The notes below the pieces were generated by a model, which saw nothing but the letters and a program-made list of their open reading frames with translations, did not search any database and was not told where the DNA came from. A stretch of DNA of 64,000 nt from Tubiluchus corallicola (Eukaryota; Animalia; Priapulida). A program made the position numbers and the translations under genes. Below, piece after piece: positions 53,314 to 64,000 of this stretch. Within the stretch, counting starts at the first letter, position 1, and each line of letters starts with the position of its first letter. The stretch lies in contig JAQGDQ010000682.1 in assembly GCA_030141605.1 (NCBI GenBank), positions 49,367-113,366 of the forward strand, written 5' to 3'.

Positions 53314-53380
53314 GGTAGGGTTAGGGTTATGGGTTTGGGTTAGGGATGTGGGTTAGGGTTAGGGTTGAGATTTTGGGTTA
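53314..53380 (+). repeat. Degenerate interstitial (TTAGGG)n-like tract
   Basis: ggtagggttagggttatgggtttgggttaggg..ggttagggttagggtt. Confidence 0.85.
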
Positions 53381-53383
53381 GAT

Positions 53384-54160
53384 ATGTGCAGTAATTCACT
53401 TCCTTGCTGCTAAACAATGTGCAGTAATTCACTTCCTTGCTGCTAAACAATGTGCAGTAATTCACTTCCATGCTGCTAAACAATGAGCAGTAATTCAGTT
53501 GCTTGCTGTTAAACAATGAGCAGTAATTCACTTGCTTGCTGCTAAACAATGAGCAGTAATTCAGTTGCTTGCTGTTAAACAATGAGCAGTAATTCACTTG
53601 CTTGCTGCTAAACAATGAGCAGTAATTCACTTGCTTGCTGCTAAACAATGAGTAGTAATTCACTTGCTTGCTGCTAAACAATGTGCAGTAATTCACTTCC
53701 TTGCTGCTAAACAATGTGCAGTAATTCACTTCCTTGCTGCTAAACAATGTGCAGTAATTCACTTCCTTGCTTCTAAACAATGTGCAGTAATTCACTTGCT
53801 TGCTGCTAAACAATGTGCAGTAATTCACTTGCTTGGTGCTAAACAATGTGCAGTAATTCACTTGCTTGCTGCTAAACAATGTGCAGTAATTCACTTGCTT
53901 GCTTCTAAACAATTTGCAGTAATTCACTTGCTTGCTGCTAAACAACGAGCAGTAATGCACTTCCTTGCTGCTAAACAATGTGCAGTAATTCACTTCCTTG
54001 CTGCTAAACAATGAACAGTAATGCATTTTCTTGCTTCTAAACAATGAGCAGTGATTCACTTGCTTGCTGCTAAACAATGTGCAGTAATTCACTTCCTTGC
54101 TGCTAAACAACGAGCAGTAATGCACTTTCTTGCTTCTAAACAATGTGCAGTAATTTGCTT
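53384..54160. repeat. Minisatellite, 33-bp unit (tgtgcagtaattcacttgcttgctgctaaacaa), ~23-24 copies
   Basis: Directly visible. Confidence 0.97.
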
Positions 54161-54391
54161 GATCAGTTGCAAAGCAATTTACAGTAATTCACTTGATTAC
54201 AGCAACATTTTTCAGCTGCTTGATTTATTTTTCTTTTTCATATGTAATTTATCTTGATTAATTTTAATCACACAACATTTAATTTTACAAAAATATTTAT
54301 ATTTTTAAGTGGATATTTGCCAGCTTTGTTACTGTCCATAGTTTTCACGGATAAACTAAAGAAACGGCTTCATTAAACACAAACATCAGCG

Positions 54392-54531
54392 TCAGCGTTT
54401 GCGACTGCGACTACTTCTCCGTGTGGATCTGGAACGTCTCCGTTTTTGAGACTTGCTTCTTGATGCCCTTCTGCCCTGGCTGGACCTCCCACGCCCGCTG
54501 CGGCTTCTCTTTCGACGATTATATCGGGAAA
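54392..54531 (-). CDS. Terminal coding exon of a predicted 58-aa protamine-like Arg/Ser-rich protein
   Basis: Acceptor ttttgttttgatttcttag| at 54532; phase-1 frame (L)SRYNRRKRSRSGRGRSSQGRRASRSKSQKRRRSRSTRRSSRSRKR*; GC-rich against AT-rich flanks; AATAAA on the minus strand at ~54229-54224. Confidence 0.8.
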
Positions 54532-54572
54532 CTAAGAAATCAAAACAAAAAAAATCAGCAATAATTGGAAAG

Positions 54573-54725
54573 GCACGTTCAGACCGGAGACCCTTTTCTT
54601 GTGAGTTCTCCGTGCGCTTTGCTGAATGTCAGAACTGTCAGCAACTCTCGGAGAGTTGAACTCGCAAAGTCGTTCACACCTGCGAGTTTGCTCTCAGTGT
54701 GAAAACTCTTTAGTGTGAACGTACC
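54573..54725. mobile_element. PIF/Harbinger-like MITE
   Basis: TIR ggcacgttcagac / gtgtgaacgtacc; related to 36-228. Confidence 0.55.
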
Positions 54726-55927
54726 ATAAGCCACGAGACTTATTTCCTGAATATCAGTTAATGAATGAAAGATTATTACAATAACAAGGATATTTTGCCG
54801 CTTTTATTTATTTTACCAAACTGAATTTCAATTTTACACCAGAACACAAGACACGCCTTACAAAAGTACAAACCAGCCATGAGATAAAATAGAAACATAG
54901 AAACAGGAACATGTACAATTGTAATTGTACGTAGTTATAATTATCACATTAGTAGGTGTAGCAAAGTTTAACAAAGCTAGTTAACTTCATTTTGCGTTCA
55001 CGCGCTGCACTGTACTCTTTGTATAAAACTAATCATTAGCTTAATTTTGTAATTAAATTATAATGAATGCATTGAAGTAGAAAAACAGGCGTAGTTAATC
55101 ATTTGTAGAAGAATGCTGCAAACACGAGGACAGGAAGTGACGTCACACGTTTACACTTAGCTACAAAATCTTTTCATCTTCAATTTTTCATTGGTTACAC
55201 TGATGACGTATCGTATTGTTAACGTGTATTTTGGATTTTTAATGTGACTCCTTCCCTATTTGTATCGCATTAATTTACGGTTTAGTAAAATTTAATAAAT
55301 GTAATATATATGCTGGTTTGGGTGTATATTTCGGACTGAAACCATGCGGTCTTGAGTTCGAGTCTAACCGCTGCCAACACCAAGGCTTGTACCCTACATG
55401 TTATTCGTTATTTGTGTGTCGCGCCCCCCTACCTCTATAACCGTTAGTGCTAATGTCGTCTCTTAGAATGAGCCACGGTGTCTTTGTCTTCTGACCTTCC
55501 CTTTCGCACGAAATAAAGATTGAAAAAAATGATCCAAATCTATGAGTATGTTACACTTGACTATGCCTGTTAAAGTGCGTTTAACTCACAAAAAACCAAC
55601 GACAACAATACGAAATCACCGTATGATTTCTCGTAGGTCCATGCTCACAACGGACAAAACCACGAAAGAAACATTTAATTTTGAATAAAGAACATTTATT
55701 TTAATATCTGATCCTGCCGCCATTCACAGCTAATGGTGATGTGGTTCATTATTGTCAAAAACCTTGTTGATTTTTGAATTTTAATTTTTGTCGATAAGCT
55801 TTATGACAATTAAAAAGTTGACTATAATATCGCAAACTCGGAAAAAATATTAAAACACATTTATAATTATATCTATTCGTGATAAGTTTTAAGTGAAGCC
55901 GGTGAATGAATCAGAATGTATAATTAA

Positions 55928-56470
55928 AGGAAAACCGGATGATTGTGTAAACGTTAGTTCAGAATAAAGAATGCTCTAAAATATTGAAAACTACAATGGC
56001 TTTTTCTAAATCAAGCTTAGATTAAATAATAATTACCTCGGACACTCAAATTTTGTTAAACTTTCAAAGCTACACGCGGCTGTATGAATCTACTAAGATT
56101 TGCAGCGGCGCCTTTTTGTCACGTGCGCGTGATCGACAAATAGAAGGCGGTATCGTGATAACCATGATCATGAACTGCAGTGTTAGTTTCTGACGTCATT
56201 TGATGTAAAGCCCATTTTCGTGACACCATGCGTTTAAACAGTACTGTAACACTTATGCAAATGTGCTTGATGCGCAAGGGAAGACGCCTGCCATTCCATA
56301 AACTGTGGTTAGTTTCTGACGTAAGCAATAGCTGTGTTCCTTTGCCGTTAATTAACTTTCTAAGCTAATTATTCAAGTATAAGGAACAATTGTTATTATA
56401 GGCAAGAAAATGTATATTTAGGACAGTAAATTAAAATGAGATGGAGTCTAAACAATCGTCCGGTCTTCCT
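55928..56470 (-). mobile_element. Kolobok-like MITE family A, copy 4 (complete)
   Basis: TTAA|aggaaaaccggatgattg ... caatcgtccggtcttcct|TTAA: 18-bp TIR with 2 mismatches and TTAA TSD. Confidence 0.88.
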
Positions 56471-56634
56471 TTAAATCTTATGAATTGTAAATAGTTTTCT
56501 GGGATGAAATGTTGCTGTTAATAAGTTGTCATCATTATTTGTATTGCCACCTTCGTTGGTTTTGTTCTTTTTCTAAAATGTTTGTAATTGTTTTGCATTT
56601 CTTCCATTCAAAAATATGAAATAACAAAACTTAC

Positions 56635-56671
56635 GTAATTTTTTCACTTCCTCTCTGCTTAAGATCGGCAT
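56635..56671 (-). CDS. First coding exon of the predicted protamine-like gene (MPILSREEVKKL + 1 nt)
   Basis: agcATG at 56671; donor C|GTAAGT at 56634; phase 1 matches the exon at 54531; acceptor-like cctttcag 9 nt before the ATG. Confidence 0.75.
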
Positions 56672-56788
56672 GCTGCTCAGCTGAAAGGAGGAATGATCAG
56701 AACAATCCGTCACACGAATAGATCCAGACGGACAAGGGTGTTCGTTTCTCAGAACAACAGCATTAATACCAAAAACAAAACAACAGTT

Positions 56789-56855
56789 GTTGCTACGGTA
56801 ACAAAAAGTTACGAGTGGCTCGACGAATAAGTTGTTTACGTCACCTATGACGTCA
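56789..56855. promoter_or_regulatory. RFX X-box plus two CRE sites upstream of the protamine-like gene
   Basis: GTTGCTACGGTAAC (56789-56802), TTACGTCA (56836-56843) and TGACGTCA (56848-56855), 120-185 bp upstream of the ATG. Confidence 0.6.
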
Positions 56856-57487
56856 CCTACTGTGTGAGTTAATAATTTTTTTAGGGCCGTACTGAAGGAA
56901 GTAATTTGATTTGATTCGATTTAACTTTTTATTTCAAGCCAAAGGTTCATAGCATAAAATATTTAATTTTCGGCAACAAGAAACTAAAACGCATACATTA
57001 ACATATTTAATTAATTAACACAAGATATATATATAAAACTAGTAGCAATAGTGCGATTTCATTTTTGATTTAATTTCGAATCAAATTCATATTTAAACAC
57101 AAATTAAAAAATACATGCACCACAATTACACGCTCTCGGCAACATTACATACTACGTACACATAAAATTAAAAAATTAATTATCCAACCATGCTTAGCAC
57201 CAGAATATGCTGAATTATAATTTTTATTATAATAAGATCCTCCACTGTTTTCTAATTTCAGAAGTGTAAGCCACTTCATTTTCTGTTAAATATTGTTAGG
57301 TGCATGTCAGATTAAATTTCAGTTAAGGAATTTGTACTACGCATTACTCTTAGGAGGGAGGAGGGAGAGAAAGAGAGATTCGATTTGATTTAATTCTTAC
57401 AACATACAACATCATAAAAACAAAAAACCAATACAAACAAATCACAAACTTAGATAAACATGAAAATTTTTATGTTTTTATGTTTTA

Positions 57488-57681
<194 letters not shown>

Positions 57682-58034
57682 AGTTCAATGACGAACAACT
57701 ATTACCGCAACGGTCTACATTGTTTTTAAAATGGTTTTCCTGTGTTTTGGTTTTATTTTAACCCAAAATATTGCAATGTGTTTTTTGGTAGATTGTACGA
57801 AGCCGAGTTGTGTCATATACTCTACTGCTAGAGTAGACCTCTCATTATCTCTTGCTCAACTCTGCTGCTAAACGCCCCACTATGCCGCACGCTAACACAG
57901 TGTGCAGATAACAGGTGCTGGAGACTGTTTCAACAAAGTACGTTATGGTTATTATAATGCTTGAATGAACCCAATTTTGTTGAATTTTGAAACCAAACTT
58001 GACTGAAAGAAAGGTGATAATGAAAGTCGAGAGA

Positions 58035-58095
58035 GAACCTGAATTTCAACCAGAACCTTTCGTTTGCAAGGCGAATGCGATGACCACTTGATCAG
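58035..58095 (-). mobile_element. tRNA-like (TGC anticodon) SINE head or pseudogene
   Basis: Minus strand: caagtggtcatcgcattcgccttgcaaacgaaaggttctggttgaaattcagg. Confidence 0.4.
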
Positions 58096-59704
58096 TCTTT
58101 ATTTGCTATCCTAACTCAAACCTTGTATACAACTAATACTAGAATAATTAGCTAACTACCTAAATTATTTTTTTCTTTGTAATTACTTCAGAGGGTGTAA
58201 TAATGCTTACGTAACTAATTATTCCATTTCACTGTCGCGTTATCATATTTTGCTTTAAGGTATGCTATTATTTTTAAATTCACCTGCAAGTTTACAGACA
58301 TTTTGCCAAGTTTTTGCTCAGTAAATCACCGTTTCACTATTTTATAGCAACAGTTCTCAGTTTCCCACAAGAAATCTTGAGCGTGATTTATGCCGGCTTC
58401 CTAACACGGGGTTACATTTCTCTCTGCTAGAATTTCTCGACAAGCATAACTGCTTTTTGATTCGGGATTAAGCAGTGAAACTGTTCGGTTATGCCGTCAC
58501 TAGCCGCTGCTTAATGGAGGAAAGAAACCGCGTCGCGCATTTATGAGTGCAAGACATGAAATGTATGACGTCAGAGGAAATCTACATGTAAAAGCTAAAG
58601 CTGCTTTGATTTCTCTTTAAGTAGCGTGGCGCGGGGGTAGAGCTTTTGTTTAATAATGACTGCCACAGCAATGCCTTTACAGGTTTCTGTAGCGTAGTTC
58701 CTTCATAGGGGAATAATAAACAGGAGGAGAAGAAGGAGGGAGAAAAAAAGCAGTTTATTCTGCGATTTTTTTTTGTAATATAATTTCGTTATAAATTGAA
58801 ACTGCTATACGTTTTTGAAATGCATCGTTTTAAAATGGAAAATTTTGTTTCTACGTGTAAGAATTTTGTTGAATCTTAGCATCAACTGAACTAAACTTCA
58901 AATGCCGTACGTTAGTAGTTTGACCGGTGGCGACTACGATTCTGCTTTAATTAGTAAGCATCCGCAATAGTGCAGTAAAAATGAATTTCCAGAGTTTATC
59001 GGTGCTGCCCTGTTGTGGATATCCGCTAGAATCAAATAGAATATTGTAGAATGTTCTATAGTATAGCAGAGCAATCTTCTTACCTTGTAGAAGTTTCGAA
59101 AACTTTCTATTTCTTTATTGTTCCCTGGCACTGATATATAAGGCAGAGCTGGCCGCTGAAGTTTATTCTCTCGTATTCTCTTGTATCCTCGTATTCTCAG
59201 ATTCGCTTTCACGCTTTCACGTTTCCAGATTATCACATTTACTGTATACATTTCGCGTTCCTTCATACTTTTGTGTTGTAGAATTCTCGTATAATAAACT
59301 AGTTTAATTTGACGATGTGTTTTCTGGTTTTCTCTACGAGCCTTCCGAGAGAAACAAGACACAACATGCCCCCTTGGTCTATGCCCAGACTAGCAAACTT
59401 TTTAAAAACCGTTTAAAATGTCTAAATCTCAATAATTATTTATCTTTTAATAGACACCTGTAAGTAGCTTTGTGTTTTTATCCGTGATTTTTTAACTAGG
59501 CCTCTTATCTGTAATTTTTTTTCTATTCTGTATATACAGTTTATTCGGCTTTTACATTTTATACTTTCTTGTAAATATTTTCATTTTAAATAAAGATTAT
59601 GTGTTAAATAAATAAATAAATAAAGTAAAAAAGTGGGTGAACGGGATGGCTCTATGGCTCCAAACTGCTCAAATCATCACGTTTGATGCTATAAACACAG
59701 TTAA

Positions 59705-60278
59705 TGTTTGAGCGATGCGTCTTAATGCTCTTACTAAAGTAATTATTTGCCTCCACGAAGTCATCTGGCACTCTATGAAGTGAATGTTTAGTAAGGGAAA
59801 GTTGCATCTTAGTTCCTAATGATCATATTAAGATCACAACATGTTCCAAGGTATTCTGTGTCACCATCGTAACAACGCATGTAAAAACCTGCAATTGTGG
59901 TGTATACTACTTACAGAAGAGAGGTTTGTAGTTCTTGATAAAATAGATGATTGGCTAATATTAAACCATTATTAGGAGCGATTAATGAGCTGCGCTTAAG
60001 AGAATAATCTGTCACTTGACATCTCTGAAACCTTGTGCTACATACACATCTAATTGTGTAAATTTAATAGATTTCTATGAAACGTTATTAGCTAGTTCAG
60101 TGATCTCTCACAAGTTTTTTAAATTTAACTTTGTATATAGTTTATGCATTTTTTAATTTTCTTAATGTAAGTAATGTAAATTATATCCAATGTAAACTGA
60201 TGTATTTTAACCTTGGCATGTAGGTTGGCCTAAGATCTAACATAGCCTACTAGTCTCATCTTTTATAAAATTGTGTAA

Positions 60279-60313
<35 letters not shown>

Positions 60314-60338
60314 ATGAATGAATGAATGAATGAATGAA

Positions 60339-60410
<72 letters not shown>

Positions 60411-60667
60411 AAATTATAAACAAAAATAGGATTGTCTACTGCAGCTGCTTTAACTACACCCACGCTTGAACTTTTTATGATTCTTTTCTAATTAAGAGAC
60501 TAAAAACTTTTGTTCATTAAAGTCATCTCGAGGCGTTTCAATCTTAATACGATCATTAGGAACTAAGATGCAACTGTTTTTTACTAAACATTCATTTCGT
60601 GGAGTGCCAGATGACTTCTTGGAGGCAAATAATTACTTTAAGAACATTAAGACGCATCCCTCAAACA
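59705..60667. mobile_element. Non-autonomous element with ~130-bp TIRs, TGT...ACA ends and 5-bp TSD (Ginger-like)
   Basis: GTTAA|tgtttgagcgatgcgtcttaatg ... cattaagacgcatccctcaaaca|GTTAA; arms 59705-59834 and 60541-60667. Confidence 0.7.
60277..60410. repeat. (TAAA)n/(TGAA)n microsatellite
   Basis: Directly visible. Confidence 0.97.
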
Positions 60668-60865
60668 GTTAATACCCGCGTGCTATCATTAATAAAAAAC
60701 ACCGTCAAAAAATTTATTGTCAGTTTTCTAATTTTGCCTGGGGTTTTGAAAGTGATGATTTACGACCTCCGTTTCTTCACTAATTTCCTGTTTGATAAAA
60801 CACGCGTATTTATTATCCCCAAGTCTTTTGTTAAGTTTTATCGTTAATGCTGTAATTGTTGGTTG

Positions 60866-62492
60866 AAGCCTCCTCTTAAATTGAAGTTTACTAATCTCAA
60901 CTAGCACTAGTTTGATCTACGTTGAAAGCTGTGCTAAGCTTTCCTCTCAAGTTGAAGTTTACTAGTCTCAACTAGCACGAGTTTGATCTACGTTGAAAGC
61001 TGTGCTAAGCTTTCCTCTCAAGTTGAAGTTTACTAATCTCAACTAGCACTAGTTTGATCTACGTTGAAAGCTGTGCTAAGCTTTCCTCTCAAGTTGAAGT
61101 TTACTAATCTCAACTAGCACTAGTTTGATCTACGTTGAAAGCTGTGCTAAGCTTTCCTCTCAAGTTGAAGTTTACTAGTCTCAACTAGCACGAGTTTGAT
61201 CTACGTTGAAAGTTGTGCTAAGCTTTCCTCTCAAGTTGAAGTTTACTAGGCTCAGCTAGTTTGATCTGCGCTAAAACTTGTGCTAAACTCTCCTCTCAAG
61301 TTGAAGTTTACTAGGTTCAGCTAGTTTGATCTACGTTGAAAGCTGTGTTAAGCTTTCCTCTCAAATTGAAGTTTACTAGGCTCAGCTAGTTTGATCTACG
61401 CTAAAAGTTGTGCTAAACTCTCCTCTCAAGTTAAAGTTTACTAGGCTCAGCTAGTTTGATTTACACTAAAAGTTGTGCTAAGCTCTCCTCTCAAATTGAA
61501 GTTTACTAGGCACAGCTAGTTTGATTTACGCTAAAAGTTGTGCTAAGCTTTCCTCTCAAATTGAAGTTTTACTAGGCTCAGCTAGTTTGATCTGCGCTAA
61601 AAGCTGTGCTAAGCTCTCCTCTCAAGTTGAAGTTTACTAGGCACAGCTAGTTTGATTTACGCTAAAAGTTGTGCTAAGCTTTCCTCTCAAATTGAAGTTT
61701 ACTAGGCACAGCTAGTTTGATTTACACTAAAAGTTGTGCTAAGCTCTCCTCTCAAATTGAAGTTTACTAGGCACAGCTAGTTTGATTTACGCTAAAAACT
61801 GTGCTAAGCTTTCCTCTCAAATTGAAGTTTACTAGGCACAGCTAGTTTGATTTACGCTAAAAGTTGTGCTAAGCTTTCCTCTCAAATTGAAGTTTACTAG
61901 GCACAGCTAGTTTGATTTACGCTAAAAGTTGTGCTAAGCTCTCCTCTCAAATTGAAGTTTACTAGGCACAGCTAGTTTGATTTACGCTAAAAACTGTGCC
62001 AAGCTTTCCTCTCAAATTGAAGTTTACTAGGCTCAGCTAGTTTGATTTACACTAAAAGTTGTGCTAAGCTCTCCTCTCAAATTGAAGTTTACTAGGCACA
62101 GCTAGTTTGATTTACGCTAAAAGTTGTGCTAAGCTCTCCTCTCAAATTGAAGTTTACTAGGCTCATCTAGTTTGATTTACACTAAAAGTTGTGCTAAGCT
62201 TTCCTCTCAAATTGAAGTTTGCTAGGCACAGCTAGTTTGATTTACGCTAAAAGTTGTGCTAAGCTCTCCTCTCAAATTGAAGTTTACTAGGCTCAGCTAG
62301 TTTGATTTACGCTAAAAACTGTGCTAAGCTTTCCTCTCAAATTGAAGTTTTCTAGGCTCAGCTAGTTTGATCTGCGCTAAAAGCTGTGCTAAGCTTTCCT
62401 CTCAAATTGAAGTTTAATAGGCTCAGCTAGTTTGATCTGCGCTAAAAGCTGTGCTAAGCTCTCCTCTTAAATTAAAGTTTACTAGGCTCAGC
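60866..62492. repeat. Tandem repeat, ~5 units of 71 bp then ~20 units of 65 bp
   Basis: aagctttcctctcaaattgaagtttactaggcacagctagtttgatttacgctaaaagttgtgct. Confidence 0.97.
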
Positions 62493-63163
62493 AATGTCTT
62501 CAGTGAAATCTGTGCCGTGCGGATTAACAAAGTTAACTTGATTGCAAACGGAACAGCAGCAGAATTATACGATTTCGATTTCTGACTGACCGTGTTTAAT
62601 GGTGATGCGTTGAAAAGCGGTTCACGAAAAGTGGTTCATTCACTACGAATCCAAAAGTGGAATAAAGGAGATATAATTAGGTTTAAATGCTTTGTATTGT
62701 AAATCGTTTAATCGAGATGCAATGAAGAGCACAGCACTGCTTTATTACGTTTCGTGTACACTGTGCTGCGTTAGCTGAAACGCTAATTGTGTCACGTATA
62801 AATTTCAGAAAAACCAATATTGACAATCTTCCCTATAGCTCTACAGATCGGGAAACTTTAATTAATGCCGGCTACTAATGAATGAGCATCATTTGCAACT
62901 AATACCGCCATCTAACTAATGAACTAGTCGAATTTTTGAATTAACTATTTTGAATTATTACATACTCGAACTAACTAATCGCATATTTCATCTCTACACA
63001 TAGTGGAAATACTGTGAGCAGTAATAGTTACTGTGTTGTAAATCCTCTCAAAATGAATAAAATTTATATATATATATATGCATATATATAATATATATAT
63101 TAACATATATTATAATATATATAACATATATTATAATATAACATATATTATAATATATAACAT

Positions 63164-63195
<32 letters not shown>

Positions 63196-63197
63196 TA

Positions 63198-63746
63198 ATT
63201 TTTGTTTGCTTTCATTTTGAATCTCCCACAATACTTTTCCAACAGCGCCATTACATGACGTCACTAGGCAAACTTAATCAGGGGAAGAAAAGGAAATGTT
63301 AAATTATGTATCCATGCAAATCTATATTACTTAGCATTTCGCTTACCTACTGCACAGACTTACGTAACTAGAAATAATAATTTAAAATGTTTGTGCCAAT
63401 TGGTAAAATGTCGTTAACTCACCTCCAACGTGCGCCACTCACTAACCAAAAACGTATTTTTAATCTTATTAACAAAATACAGTAATTTAAAATTTTACTT
63501 AGCCACATGTATGTTAGGAATGCTCTGATTATTTTTCAAACTTTACTCAGTGTTATCTAAAGTTGTTGTTTCGACCTACCATCAAAATGGCTACGCCTAA
63601 CAGTCAGCGCGGGAATTTTAATTTACAGGTTTTATACAGCGTTGCTTCCGACGCAAACCCCGCATGCAAAAAGGCAGTCTGCAAGTGGTATAAAATTTCA
63701 AGACGAATATTTGAAGCTTTACGCAAGTGGAGAGTTTTCTTGTGCT
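63198..63746 (+). mobile_element. Kolobok-like MITE family C, copy 2 (left end lost next to an AT-rich tract)
   Basis: Reverse complement of ~40723-41280 (e.g. gcgccattacatgacgtcacta); ends gttttcttgtgct. Confidence 0.75.
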
Positions 63747-64000
63747 TTGACATTAAGTAATCAATATTAAGCCTTGGGGCTTTTAAGACGCTGTCGTAAA
63801 ACTGAAAGTAATTGTCATTCATTCATTCAAGACAGGCTTGCGCGAACTTCTTTTATTGAAAGATGAAAACGGGATTCTAATTTGCTGACATCCGCACCTC
63901 TTAAAGAGTTTACTGCTTTACAAAACCTGTGGTGAACCGTAATAAGTTCGTCCAGAGTGACAATTTTACCTTTGTTTACCTTCTGTATTCAAGAACAAGT

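Noticed and set aside
53340-54143. 267-aa Cys-containing repeat ORF
   Set aside because: Translation of the 33-bp minisatellite ending in the telomere-like tract.
54453-54659. Plus-strand 68-aa ORF (LLDALLPWLDLPR...)
   Set aside because: Antisense shadow of the RS-rich exon running into a MITE; splice signals favour the minus strand.
58467-58515. Hairpin attaagcagtg...cgctgcttaat as a pre-miRNA
   Set aside because: The stem is only ~11 bp, too short for a miRNA precursor.
58934-59362. 142-aa minus-strand ORF
   Set aside because: No recognisable protein; faint cross-frame resemblance to a decayed Tc1/mariner N-terminus, too weak to call.

Overview
AT-rich, repeat-dense eukaryotic (invertebrate animal) genomic DNA; no prokaryotic features and no CRISPR array. 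Recognisable genes: MAF1 (3598-4311, -), the first coding exon of a TWIK/KCNK1-like two-pore K+ channel (10631-10808, +) whose next exon I could not find in the window, a TPBG/5T4-like LRR type-I membrane protein (16676-17893, +) and a HACD/PTPLA-family dehydratase (34065-34784, +); the three complete ORFs have uninterrupted CDSs. The top finding is not in the ORF track: a two-exon minus-strand gene (56671-56635 joined to 54531-54392) encoding a 58-aa Arg/Ser-rich protamine-like protein, with an RFX X-box and two CRE sites just upstream. The rest is non-autonomous DNA transposons (Kolobok-, piggyBac-, hAT-, Tc1/pogo-, Harbinger- and Ginger-like), LINE and Penelope remnants (two with hammerhead-like cores), tRNA- and 5S-derived SINE candidates, and many tandem arrays, several apparently amplified from coding or TE sequence. 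All family assignments come from manual motif recognition, not database searches, and coordinates of degenerate elements are approximate.
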